The position numbers were made by a program, and so were the translations under genes. From the NCBI GenBank assembly GCA_040285745.1, contig JAUFOR010000003.1, forward strand, positions 744,001-808,000: a DNA stretch of 64,000 bases, written 5' to 3'. Numbering within the stretch: position 1 is the stretch's first letter; every line of letters starts with the position of its first letter. This stretch comes from Barthelona sp. PCE. Its lineage: Eukaryota. A model generated the notes under the pieces. That model did no database searches. It was not told the origin of the DNA and saw nothing but the letters and a program-made list of their open reading frames with translations. Positions 31,379-41,515 of the stretch are shown in pieces.

Positions 31379-31999
31379 ATGAGTTGGGACAATCCTTTTG
31401 CACCCAATCATAATGAGTTATCTCCTAATCAGGAAGATGACATCCAACTTTCTTTATTTACAATAGGCTCCAATTTTTTGACATCACAGATACCAGAACC
31501 TGTGGAGAACGATGACGATGTGCATAATGAAATCGTTCCAATTCCTTCTCTATTTGCATATGCCTCTCAATGTCAACAAGAAGCAGTATCGCAGCAAATG
31601 ACATCTGAAATGCCTGCAAACTTTATGGAAATTGATTCTGACGTTTCTCAGATTGTTAGGGAGCGTAAAATAGCAACTATTACTCAAGCTACCCCAACTT
31701 TTGAGGAAGTTGAATCTCAAGAGCCAACTTTCCTTGCAACAATGACGCAGAAACAGCATGGTTCCAACCCATCTGACCGTATTCGACAGTTTATCTCTGT
31801 GAAACAAACCACAGTTTCGGATGTAGAGTTGGTTTCTCTTGAAATACTGGAATTTCACAGCTTCTCAACAGTGACAAAGCTCAACTGCTACCGTGCAGCG
31901 ACCGAAACAGACCGTAAATACTTTTTTTTAACCCGAAACAGTTGTGAAATTGGTGAGAAAGTTTGTGCTTCATTTTTTGTTGATAAATACGCTTTTTAG
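31379..31999 (+). CDS. Hypothetical protein with SQ/TQ-rich disordered N-terminus
   Basis: 206 aa ORF with seven SQ/TQ dipeptides and a short beta-rich C-terminus. Confidence 0.7.
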   Translation: MSWDNPFAPNHNELSPNQEDDIQLSLFTIGSNFLTSQIPEPVENDDDVHNEIVPIPSLFAYASQCQQEAVSQQMTSEMPANFMEIDSDVSQIVRERKIATITQATPTFEEVESQEPTFLATMTQKQHGSNPSDRIRQFISVKQTTVSDVELVSLEILEFHSFSTVTKLNCYRAATETDRKYFFLTRNSCEIGEKVCASFFVDKYAF

Positions 32000-32525
32000 C
32001 TTTTTTTTTTTTTTTTGCCATGTTTTAGTGTTTGATAAGCATGTTTCACAACGTATATGCAGCAGTAAATCACATTTCTGAGACGATAATATTTTTTCTT
32101 ACATTATATCAACTGCAGATCTTATTCCATATTTTGAACCGTAATCAACACAGTATATTCTCAATTTGATCCTTCAATACGATGAATTAAAAGATCAAAT
32201 AAAAAGTATCCCCAATAGCAGGGATTCAAAATAATCTCTAATATGTATTTTGACACAGTTATACGGGTAAGCATTTATTTGAGGCAAATTAAGGCTTTAG
32301 AAAATTTATAAAACGCTAATAAAGGTGAGAAATTTTTTTCTGAAATTGAAGCTTTATTAAACGCACAAACTCCGAAATATTAACTCTGCGCAACCTTATT
32401 AAAACATAAACACAACTATCTAAGCTGTCATATCCTTACAAAGTAGTGTTTCAAGTTTTTTGACTTCATTCAGTTCTTTTGTAACTTCTTTGCAGCGTTT
32501 TTGTTACCTTACTTGTCTTCAAATA

Positions 32526-33029
32526 ATGTTTATCTCAATTTTAAGTGCTTGTCAGCCTTCAGCAAGCTTTTTCGGTTTTATGGGTTGTACCATGGCCATG
32601 GTTCTGTCCTCAATCGGCTGTGCTTACGGAACAGCTAAATCTGCAGTCGGTGCATCAACCGCTGGTGTCGCATCCACTGAAAGTCAAGGTGTTCGTTCAT
32701 TATTCGGTGTTATTATGGCTGGTATCCTTGGTATCTACGGTCTAGTTATGAGTCTCCTGATCTCCGCCGGTATTAGCAGCAAGAACTACGGTTTATTCGA
32801 CGGTTTCGCTCACTTAAGCGCTGGTCTTGTAGAAGGTACTGTTTCTCTCGCTGCCGGTGTATGTATTGGTATCGCCGCCGAGGCAGGCACAATGGCCATG
32901 GTTACACAGCCTAGCCTCTTTGTTCAGATGGTCATCATTCTCATTTTCGCTGAAGCTCTTGCTCTTTTCGGTGTCATCACCGGTGTGCTTCTCCTGCTGA
33001 AGGTCGGAGGCAACGTCAAGTGCGGATGA
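32526..33029 (+). CDS. ATP6V0C: V-type ATPase 16 kDa proteolipid subunit c
   Basis: FFGFMG, GCAYGTAKS, MAGILGIYGLV, LIFAEALALFG (essential Glu). First ATG is 32526. Confidence 0.93.
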   Translation: MFISILSACQPSASFFGFMGCTMAMVLSSIGCAYGTAKSAVGASTAGVASTESQGVRSLFGVIMAGILGIYGLVMSLLISAGISSKNYGLFDGFAHLSAGLVEGTVSLAAGVCIGIAAEAGTMAMVTQPSLFVQMVIILIFAEALALFGVITGVLLLLKVGGNVKCG

Positions 33030-33090
33030 TCGCATGCAATTATGTAAACACATAGCTCTTATAAAAACAGATCATGCTCGTCTTTTCCTA

Positions 33091-33200
33091 GTCAACTTCT
33101 GGCACGCGAATCAGCCTCCGTGGTGACAGCGCGTGCCCTGGAAGCAGACACTGAAAGGTGCATTGTAAGCTAAGATGTTTCCAGTTCGTTAATGGAAAAC
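33091..33200. ncRNA. Candidate structured non-coding RNA (class unknown)
   Basis: Long interrupted hairpin with core GGCACGCG/CGCGTGCC, a GAAA-tetraloop hairpin and a GTTTCCA/TGGAAA hairpin, located between the putative poly(A) signals of two convergent genes. Confidence 0.4.
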
Positions 33201-33208
33201 TTTTACAA

Positions 33209-34372
33209 CTAGGGGAGAACAAAGCCGATTTTAGAGTTCTTGACGTCGTGGACAACACCCTTCAAGGATCTATAGAAACCATCACCAGCAATTGAGATGC
33301 CGTTACTGATATCCATGGCAGAAATCATCATTGTGCATTGCTTCTGACCCTGAGAAGTGACAACTAACACGTAATTCTTGCTTTCCATATGAACGAGGGC
33401 GCCATTGAAGATAAGAGAGATCGTGGGAAGTTCGTCAAGGTTCGAACAGTCAGGCTTCAAGTACATACCGGGGTAGGCCATGATATTCTCATACACCTCG
33501 GTGGGAACGACAAGTCCTGCACTTGTTCCGCTGTCAATGACCATGTATAAATTCTGAGCAATTACGGATGAACCAATTGCTACATCTGCTTTCGTTAACC
33601 ACCATAAATCTCTGAAGAGTGGTGTCCATTGCACGTCACCAGGAGCAATAAAACTAGGAAGACCACCCAAATAAGCATCATTAGAATCTTCAGAAAAACA
33701 CAAAGTGAAGATCTCGGAATCAACCTTCTGCTCACGGACAGCAGCGTCCATGAATGTCTCCTGCTCCATGCCAGGGGGGCTTTGTTGAATGCTGCTGAAA
33801 GCAAAACCAAGAATTCCAGATGCCTTCAAAGTATCGAAAGCAATCATTGTCAGATCAACGTGTGAAACAACGTCGAGTCTTCCGTGGACCTGGATGTCAC
33901 CGATCATAACGTGATCGTGACCTGCGCTGACAGTTACGTTTCCTGAACCATAAGCCAAAACCATTTGCTGGCCACTGTAGTCAAATGACTCACATTTGTA
34001 CGTTTGGTGTACGATACAGGGGATAGAAGTACAATGACAACCCTTGCCCTTGGGTCCTGAGACGGAACCGAAGACAAAGTTGTTGGATGAACCAGTGTCA
34101 AAGATGAATTCCATGATGTTAGCACCAACCTCTTTACCAATGTTAGCCTTAACTCTATATTGAGCATTCATATAGTCGTCAATGACAACGTGGTGGACAT
34201 CACCGTTGGTAGGAAAACCGAAACGGTTGACCTTGGAGATACGACCCTTAACTACGCCGTTTGAAGCATAGTGTTGGAAGAGACGTTCCTCTTGAGGAAC
34301 GTGGCGCTCGAGTGAGACCTTGGTGACAGCAAACACAACAGAAAGTGTTACAAGAGCTAAAAAGAGTTTCAT
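33209..34372 (-). CDS. Pepsin-family (A1) aspartic protease, secreted/lysosomal
   Basis: Signal peptide MKLFLALVTLSVVFA; IFDTGSSN and VIDSGTS catalytic motifs; LAYGSG flap. Confidence 0.93.
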   Translation of the reverse strand: MKLFLALVTLSVVFAVTKVSLERHVPQEERLFQHYASNGVVKGRISKVNRFGFPTNGDVHHVVIDDYMNAQYRVKANIGKEVGANIMEFIFDTGSSNNFVFGSVSGPKGKGCHCTSIPCIVHQTYKCESFDYSGQQMVLAYGSGNVTVSAGHDHVMIGDIQVHGRLDVVSHVDLTMIAFDTLKASGILGFAFSSIQQSPPGMEQETFMDAAVREQKVDSEIFTLCFSEDSNDAYLGGLPSFIAPGDVQWTPLFRDLWWLTKADVAIGSSVIAQNLYMVIDSGTSAGLVVPTEVYENIMAYPGMYLKPDCSNLDELPTISLIFNGALVHMESKNYVLVVTSQGQKQCTMMISAMDISNGISIAGDGFYRSLKGVVHDVKNSKIGFVLP

Positions 34373-34744
34373 TTGAAAAGTATTATAAACGAAAACACGT
34401 TCTGAAGATGTCATTGGATCACATTGGCTTGTTTAGTGCTGTTTATTCGTATGTACAGCTCACTGACCGCTAAACTTGTTGAGAATAAAAAAAAGGGAAA
34501 ATCTTCCTTTTAGGCACACACACCGTAACAAATTGTTTGGCTTCCGATTTTTTGAAAGGTATGCATCCAGCACATCGGGTTAAAATTCCACAAAAATCTT
34601 GTACAAAAGCCCTGCATCAAACAAATCACCTTCTAAACAATATATTCAAGATGAACGCATCAATAACATAAAAGAGGCCCAATATAGAACTGATGTTCAC
34701 CAACTCCTAAGCACAATACTGCTATTCCGATACTCTACCATTTC

Positions 34745-35251
34745 ATGGCCGACCTTCATCACAGAGTTAGATTTGTACCCCCAATCAACTTTGGGTGTGT
34801 CGAACATGGTATTTACCGTAGTGGCTTTCCCGCTGCATTGAATTTTCCATTTTTGGAGACACTAAACCTACGCACAATTGTATATCTCGCTAACCAACCA
34901 CCCAGCGCGACGCTACAGCAATTCGTTGACGAGCACAACATCACACTTATTGCACTGCAAGAAAGCAACGGGACATGGAATTCCATCTCAGAGGAAACTG
35001 TGGTGGTGGCAATGCGCTGGATTCTCAACCCGGAAGCGTATCCTTTACTCGTTATGTGTGGATCCGGAAAGCACAGAACGGGAACCCTTGTCGGTTGTTT
35101 ACGAAAACTGATGCGTTGGAATCTGACATCTGTATTCGAGGAATACCGCCGCTTTGCAGGCAGCGATGTATTTGTCGTCAACGAACAGTTTATTGAACTT
35201 TTCGACCTTGACTGCATAGATTTACCTCAGAACAGCACCCAGTTTCTGTGA
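34745..35251 (+). CDS. PFA-DSP family phosphatase (Oca1/Siw14-like)
   Basis: PPINFGCVEHGIYRSGFP, catalytic CGSGKHRTG (Cx5R), WNLTSVFEEYRRFAG. Confidence 0.92.
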   Translation: MADLHHRVRFVPPINFGCVEHGIYRSGFPAALNFPFLETLNLRTIVYLANQPPSATLQQFVDEHNITLIALQESNGTWNSISEETVVVAMRWILNPEAYPLLVMCGSGKHRTGTLVGCLRKLMRWNLTSVFEEYRRFAGSDVFVVNEQFIELFDLDCIDLPQNSTQFL

Positions 35252-35263
35252 TCAAATCCTTGT

Positions 35264-36500
35264 TTACTGAATGTTGCAGGTACGGACCTCCTGGTAACCG
35301 CCTCCATGACCCTGCTGTTGTTGCTGCTGTCTGTTGTGGTCTCTGGGGATTGACTCGGGATCAAAACTGCCTGCTTCAACAGGACGTCCCTCAGTGTTAC
35401 CAGTGGAAACACGACCGAAAATCTTCTGAAGAAGATGCTTTTGGGCATCAGAATACTCCATATCTTCAGGCCAGTTGATGGATGTCTTGATGTACAGGTT
35501 TCCGCGACCAAAGCCGCCGTGGTAGGGCATACCTAAGCCACTGACACACACAACCTTATCAGGTGAGCAAGCGGGGAGGGTGACGGTGTACTCAACATCG
35601 TCCAAATGTGTAAATGAGAAACTTGACCCAAGCATGGCATCCTGGATGGAGAGCTCACGCTCCATGACGAGGTTAGGTCCCTCATCGCGCTTAAACAGTG
35701 TGTGCTCCTTGACCTGAAGCACAATAATGAGGTCACCTGGCTCCTTACCGGGTTCATGGTTGCCCTCGTGTGCAAGTGTGATCTGCTCGCCATCAGCCAT
35801 ACCAGGTTGAATTGATACAGAGATATCCTTCTTATCTGTAACAAGCTTACGACCGTTACAGGTGTTACACTTCTTGGTGGGATCAATGGACTTACCACGA
35901 CCTCCGCAGCTGTCACATGTGGTCTGTGTCTGGATTCGAGAGAATCCCATGTTCTGTATAACGATCCTGCGACCAGAACCGCGACAGTCAGGACAGGTTA
36001 CGATTGCGCTGGGATCGGTGACACCAGAACCATCGCAGTCGTCACATGGCTTATGGCGAGTGAGCTTTAAGTGCTTTGTTCCACCCTGGAACAACATCTT
36101 AAGTGGAATATTGAGACGATGAACCATGGGTTCAGACTTCTGTGGACCACGGGACTGGGAGCGACGGCTTCCTCCACCGCCGAAAAATTGCTCAAATACG
36201 TCAAAACCACCCATGCTAGGACCTTCAGCACCGGTAACAGCTTCTAAACCGAATCTATCGTACTTGTTACGTTTCTCCTCGTCACTGAGGATTTCGTAAG
36301 CTGTTGAGATCTTGGCAAACTAAATATTAGTTAAAAGGCAAAGGCAGAAAAATTGTGCATACTCTTTCAGCAGCTCCCTCTTCCTTACAGCGATCGGGGT
36401 GGTACTTCATAGCAAGCTTTCTGTACTTGCTACGAATTTGCTTCTGAGTGGATGTAGGATCAACATCCAGCTCTTCATATAATGTTGTGTCAACGGGCAT
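35264..36500 (-). CDS. DNAJA: Class A J-protein (DnaJA/Ydj1-like); 2 exons 36363-36500 and 35264-36319
   Basis: Exon 1 encodes the J-domain (KLAMKYHPDR); four CxxCxGxG-type repeats; C-terminal CaaX CNIQ. Spliced product 397 aa. Confidence 0.95.
36320..36362 (-). other. Spliceosomal intron, 43 nt (DnaJA)
   Basis: GTATGC...ACTAATATTTAG; removal restores AAER|FAKISTAYEILSD of the J-domain. Confidence 0.95.
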
Positions 36501-36853
36501 ATTAATGGGTTAAGATACTTTCAAGATGTAAAAATAAGAATCAAGCAAGTGCCAAAAAGTGGAAATGTGGTGATAAGAGTGAAAAAATCAGATTCCGCTG
36601 GAATTCATCTTGATCATTACGCCAATGGTTTAATTGATGCTAATTTGTAGATTTGCTCCTAAAAAAACAAGCTAAACACATATATAAAATACTATTAAAG
36701 AGAAGAAATTGAGCTCATTTGTATTGCATCTTTTCTGGATATAACAGGTCAATTTTTGCTGTTTCTAGAAATATTAAAGAACTTTAACAGATTTATGTGA
36801 GTAAATGAACGCAGAGATTCTTGTTACTTATTTGCTCTCCTATTCATCAATTG

Positions 36854-38380
36854 ATGCAGGCAATCGACACTGCACAAGAAGTAAGTTTCACACAGCAAGA
36901 TGCCAGGCAGAGGAAGGCCATGCTTGAGGGCTTTTATGACTTCACAATGTTCAATGAAGACGATACGCAGTCTGCCCTGGCTATGGCCATCCCCAGTAGG
37001 GCGCAGGTTGTTCCTCTGGGCAAACAATTTGCTCTTCTTCCATCAAGGACACACGAGACAGCACTTTGCACAGATATCTTCGAGCAAACTATACGACCCT
37101 TCCAAAGCGTATCGAACACAGATCGTCTTGTAGAGATTGAGCGACGTGCGCTTACTTTCCGTAATGTATATCAGAAGCTATTACCTGAAATTGAGTTGTT
37201 AGATCCCTGTCGCAATGTATCAAAGGAGATCCACACATATGGTCTAGTTTTCCAGACAGGCGACGAAATCAACACCATCGATTCATATTACCTTGTTGTT
37301 TTAACAGAAATGCAGAATGTTCAAAGAATTGGAAATTTCTTGACAAATAATAACGATAGGAGCATCATTTCTCTGAATTTTTCTGATAAACTACCTGGAT
37401 ATGCCCTATTCTCAGGTTGTTTTGTAGTTCTAAAGGGTATCTTCAACTTAAGCACATTTTTGGTTAACGATATCATCAGAGCACCGATTCCACAGACTCC
37501 AAAACTTCCACCATCGATTGTCTCGTCGCTAAACACCCAGCTGCCCCACCGCATGTTCTATAATGAACAAAATTTGCAAATCTTTGTTGCTGCCGGACCC
37601 TACTCCAGTAACTCATCCCCCTTTGATTTTTTATATTTCAATAAGTTTCTACAGCAGGTTGCAAACCACGTCCCCGACTGCCTGGTTCTGATGGGACCTT
37701 TCCTTCCTGATAAGAGCTTCTTGAAAAACAGACCTGAGACATTTCCTAATGTTTTGTTTTTTGATAACTTTTTGAAGCAGCTAATTGATTTCAGAAGAGC
37801 TATCCCAACGTGCAATGTCTTGATTGTACCGCACAGAGACTGTATACTTACCAATAGGCTTTATCCTTGCCCGCCATTACAGTTGTTGCCCAATTCTTAC
37901 ATAGATCAGAACAAAAGACTTCAAACACAGGGCAAGGCGCCCATTGCAGTGAACCCCCTGCACTATTTGCATTCGCTACCCGCTCCAGCAAAGTTCTGGC
38001 TGAATGACATGCTCATGTATATAACCGGAGATGATGCACTTCGTCATATAGCAAAAACCGAGGTTTGTTCGTATAAAGGAGACCGTACACAGCGATTGTT
38101 GGCACATCTCCTGACACAACGGCATTTATCACCGACATTTCCGAACAACGCTCTGTGTGTTCCTGATAAGTACATGGGATTCAGTGTAGCACCTCACATT
38201 ATGCTTACGTGTAGTGTTTTACCTACGAGCACGTATGCTTTGGACAACTCAATCGCTGTGTCAGTGCAATCATTGAACAGAAAGTCGTTTTGTTCTATAT
38301 CAATCTTCCCTAATACCGGTACTGCCCCCATTGACACAGGTAAGAGGTGCAATGTCCAATTTTTGAAGCTTAAAGTTTAG
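36854..38380 (+). CDS. POLA2: DNA polymerase alpha subunit B
   Basis: YALFSGCFVVLKG, IFVAAGPYS, PDCLVLMGPF, LYPCPPL, HLLTQRHLSP. First ATG is 36854. Confidence 0.88.
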   Translation: MQAIDTAQEVSFTQQDARQRKAMLEGFYDFTMFNEDDTQSALAMAIPSRAQVVPLGKQFALLPSRTHETALCTDIFEQTIRPFQSVSNTDRLVEIERRALTFRNVYQKLLPEIELLDPCRNVSKEIHTYGLVFQTGDEINTIDSYYLVVLTEMQNVQRIGNFLTNNNDRSIISLNFSDKLPGYALFSGCFVVLKGIFNLSTFLVNDIIRAPIPQTPKLPPSIVSSLNTQLPHRMFYNEQNLQIFVAAGPYSSNSSPFDFLYFNKFLQQVANHVPDCLVLMGPFLPDKSFLKNRPETFPNVLFFDNFLKQLIDFRRAIPTCNVLIVPHRDCILTNRLYPCPPLQLLPNSYIDQNKRLQTQGKAPIAVNPLHYLHSLPAPAKFWLNDMLMYITGDDALRHIAKTEVCSYKGDRTQRLLAHLLTQRHLSPTFPNNALCVPDKYMGFSVAPHIMLTCSVLPTSTYALDNSIAVSVQSLNRKSFCSISIFPNTGTAPIDTGKRCNVQFLKLKV

Positions 38381-38586
38381 GTGATAGGCGCATCTATTTG
38401 CCTGCTTTTTTGTGAGTTTTTATTCTTACTTTATAATAAAATCATTCATATATGGTGTTTTATTTCGCTTTGAAGTAGTTTTAAAAACTAAACATGGTCT
38501 AATGAATACAAATTCAAAGCAACAAAAACCAGCTATTCCTTCATCTATTTGTCCAAATCTCTGATATCCCAACAAAGATACGCATA

Positions 38587-39573
38587 ATGTTCGATGATGG
38601 ATGTAACAAATCACTTGTAAAAAGGAAAATCGTTGATTTTCGATTTCTCACCGCATTTAAGCTCTACCTAAAGGAAATGTGGTCTCACGTGTTCGGAGTC
38701 GGCATCCCAGTCGGTCTGTTTGTCGAATTCTTTATATTCGGTCCCCAAGTTGATGTTTTCCAATCTTTGACCTTTGGTATCGTCTTGCTTCTTGCTTACG
38801 TGTTAGCATTGGGCGAAACATACCGCCTCTATAAGATTAAGAGATTAGAAGCTGCCAGTTACAGTATCATTGCAGGAAGTATTCTCAGTTTCTTTGCTTA
38901 TTGGATTAGCAGTCTTGTTCTTTCCACGTTCTCTGACATGAGCACCTGGTTTGACAGCTCCAATACCTTTTCTGTATTTACTATTGCTTTCAGCTCAGTC
39001 ATCATTCACGGTGTTCTTCTTCAGTCTATTCCTGCAATCACCATGCTCATCCTCAACCGCCAGGACTTCTACTCGTCCACTGATGCTCTGGCCATGGGTT
39101 CAATCGCGAATGCTAGTGCATACCTCTTACAAGCCTTTTTCTACTTCCCCAAGTTGGCTACTCTTTCATGGACATCCTCCTTCAACTTCTTCATCACTGT
39201 TGCTGCCAAGCTCGTCGTTGAGATGATCCTTCAGATGTGTCTTGGATCATTGACCGCGTACAGAATGCACATGATTTCTGAAGAGAATGATGAGGATGAT
39301 GCTAACATCTTCCACGCTACGTTGCCTGCTGCCGTTGTTGCTTCTTCTTTTGGAATTCTTTCAGGATTTTTCGAGACTTATCTCCCCTTAGGTGATCAAC
39401 CAACAAGTGAGGTATTCCTTGCTGTCTGTTCTCTTACTGCTTACATCCTTATTGCTCTCAGAATGCGCAAGTATCAAACTGCTTTCGATAGTCATGACAA
39501 GGAGAAGAACGTACCTGTTGTTGAAGTTCAGAACCGTATGCGTGCTGCAAAAAGTGCTCCCAAGAAATCTTAA
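38587..39573 (+). CDS. Multi-pass membrane protein of the APH-1/PrsW (CPBP) clan, degenerate motifs
   Basis: GVLLQSIP (~APH-1 SVLLQE, PrsW GLVEE..K), QDFYSSTDALAMG (~EFDEPYDGIVYG), AYLLQAFFY (~FAFVENILY), MILQMCLG (His site). Start may be ATG 38677. Confidence 0.5.
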   Translation: MFDDGCNKSLVKRKIVDFRFLTAFKLYLKEMWSHVFGVGIPVGLFVEFFIFGPQVDVFQSLTFGIVLLLAYVLALGETYRLYKIKRLEAASYSIIAGSILSFFAYWISSLVLSTFSDMSTWFDSSNTFSVFTIAFSSVIIHGVLLQSIPAITMLILNRQDFYSSTDALAMGSIANASAYLLQAFFYFPKLATLSWTSSFNFFITVAAKLVVEMILQMCLGSLTAYRMHMISEENDEDDANIFHATLPAAVVASSFGILSGFFETYLPLGDQPTSEVFLAVCSLTAYILIALRMRKYQTAFDSHDKEKNVPVVEVQNRMRAAKSAPKKS

Positions 39574-39623
39574 CCTTCACAAATGTAAAGTGTAATCCAA
39601 TTTTTTTCTTTTTTATACTTTGT

Positions 39624-40514
39624 ATGTACCATTTGGCTTGGATAAGTCCACGAAAAAAGTATAAAAAGGCATTTATTGTACCATTTATCACAAGATTAGT
39701 TGATTTATTGGGGGAAAAATTAATTTTTATAGATGAACTTTATTTCGATCTACCGGTTGAAGAATGGCCCAAATCACTCTTCTGCATCCCTTACCTGTGC
39801 TCAAAGGTTCCAGTTGACAAGACAAGAGCGTATATTGAAGCAGGGAGCAAAGCATTATGCAATATTGATATAATGTTGAGTTTGATGGACAGACGTATCA
39901 TGAATGATGTTCTTACGGATAGTAGAGCGCCTTGTATTCCTCTATTTGATGATCCTAAAAGTATAGAGGGACCTGTGATTGAAAAACCGTTGGATGCAGA
40001 GAATCATGATGTTCGTATATATTACGATAACAAAACAGTTTTCCTGCACAGAAAAACCAAAGATAGATGCAGTTTTGAAGAAGAAAATTCATGCATTTAT
40101 AGAAGTAATGAAGAAATGGTATATTCACCATTATGTTCTGCCATTAATAATTTAGATATTAAAGTATATGCATTCAATTTCAATGATGGGAAGGATGAGG
40201 TTTTTGCCGAAAGTAGACCCAGTCCTGTACATAATCATTTTGTTCAAAGAGATGAAAATGGGCAGGAAAAAAGAGAAGCTGTTCAATTAACGGCACAGGA
40301 GAGAGAAGAAGCGTTGAGAATTGCGGAGAACTGCGAGCATCTCGTGTGTGGGATGGATCTATTGCGTTATACAGAAAATGGTGTGATGAAACATGCATGG
40401 ATAGATATCAATGGATTTTCAGTGGTAAAAAGACATCCTGATGCCCTAGAAATGCTGGCAGAGAAGATGTTTGAGCATGTTAATTCCTTGGTTAATGAAC
40501 ATAGTAAAGATTGA
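39624..40514 (+). CDS. VIP1/PPIP5K inositol pyrophosphate kinase, ATP-grasp domain only
   Basis: VEEWP, IEKPLDAENHDVRIYY, DIKVY, AESRPSP, RDENGQEKR, VCGMDLLR, IDINGFSVVK. Confidence 0.9.
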   Translation: MYHLAWISPRKKYKKAFIVPFITRLVDLLGEKLIFIDELYFDLPVEEWPKSLFCIPYLCSKVPVDKTRAYIEAGSKALCNIDIMLSLMDRRIMNDVLTDSRAPCIPLFDDPKSIEGPVIEKPLDAENHDVRIYYDNKTVFLHRKTKDRCSFEEENSCIYRSNEEMVYSPLCSAINNLDIKVYAFNFNDGKDEVFAESRPSPVHNHFVQRDENGQEKREAVQLTAQEREEALRIAENCEHLVCGMDLLRYTENGVMKHAWIDINGFSVVKRHPDALEMLAEKMFEHVNSLVNEHSKD

Positions 40515-40564
40515 TTTGAAAATTTGTTTCTTATCTTTATCAAAAACTCCTGTAATTTATTTGC

Positions 40565-41515
40565 ATGAATTCAGCTGTGAAACACTTTTTGACCTCAATT
40601 TCTGAGAGTCCTAAGGAGTTACGACCAGCAAATGTGGCACTTAGTTCAGATGCTATTCGAAATCTGGTTTGTTCTCTTGAAGTTCATGAGCTCTTCTCCG
40701 AGCAGTGGTTTAAAACAAGCAATGTTATATCAATTTTGGCATATGCCGCAGCAGCACAACAATCCAATATAGATCTTACTCTTGGTGATGATTTATGTCT
40801 GTTTGAGGGTTCTTTTGTGGTTATTCAGGAGTTTGGGCATCATCCAGACAAGGTATCAGTCATAATTAACATTTTGAAGGCTTACAAAGAATGTATGCTT
40901 CACCCTGATAATCAGCTATCTGGGTACAAAAATATGGTACGTGAGTTATCCACAAGGCTGAGCATAAGGCCAAGGGTGTTGTCTGAGCGAATGATTGAGT
41001 TGGAAGAAATGGCAGGACTTTTATTAGGATGTTGCTTAGAATTTAAAGAGATATTATCCAACATACCAATGGATTTATTCTTCTCTTACATCAACAGTGT
41101 CTTTGGTAAGGATCATATATATATTGTAGGAGATCAGGATGTTAACAAAACACAAGAAGCGTTAATTTTGCTGTATTTTCATCAAATTGCTCAAAGATTG
41201 TCAGATATGGAATCACAGACGATAGTTGAAGCCTTTATATCACACAGAGTCATTGAAAACTTAGTTAAACACTTACACACACACTACAAACGAGTTTCTT
41301 TGAAGTTGACGTTTAGGGCACTGCACGGTCTTGCTCTGATCCTCGAAACTGAGGACGGAATAGTGTTCCAAGATGTCTTATTTCCACCAGCATGTTATCA
41401 GTATTTATTCCTGTTTCAAGATGTTTTAGTTACGAAAGCGGCAGAAAAATCGTACGAAAACAGAGTGAAACTCGCACCTCTAAGCAGGTTTATTCATTCA
41501 GCAAGAAATAAATAG
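40565..41515 (+). CDS. Helical protein with ZMYND10-like N-terminus (no MYND finger)
   Basis: LVCSLEVHELFSEQWF..ISILAYAA and HPDKVSVII resemble the ZMYND10 N-terminal region; tentative. Confidence 0.45.
   Translation: MNSAVKHFLTSISESPKELRPANVALSSDAIRNLVCSLEVHELFSEQWFKTSNVISILAYAAAAQQSNIDLTLGDDLCLFEGSFVVIQEFGHHPDKVSVIINILKAYKECMLHPDNQLSGYKNMVRELSTRLSIRPRVLSERMIELEEMAGLLLGCCLEFKEILSNIPMDLFFSYINSVFGKDHIYIVGDQDVNKTQEALILLYFHQIAQRLSDMESQTIVEAFISHRVIENLVKHLHTHYKRVSLKLTFRALHGLALILETEDGIVFQDVLFPPACYQYLFLFQDVLVTKAAEKSYENRVKLAPLSRFIHSARNK

Noticed and set aside
31961-32016. Possible 39-nt GT-AG intron or homopolymer frameshift at the end of the 31379 gene
   Set aside because: Donor GTTTGT and the 3' end do not fit the branch consensus, and splicing adds only a short Phe-rich tail.
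33027-33149. TGA after KCG plus a downstream hairpin as selenocysteine/SECIS
   Set aside because: The proteolipid is complete at TGA, a poly(A)-like signal follows at once, and the hairpin lacks the AUGA/GA core.
34431-34475. Hairpin GTTTAGTG/CGCTAAAC in a divergent spacer
   Set aside because: Single modest stem without boxes; indistinguishable from chance.
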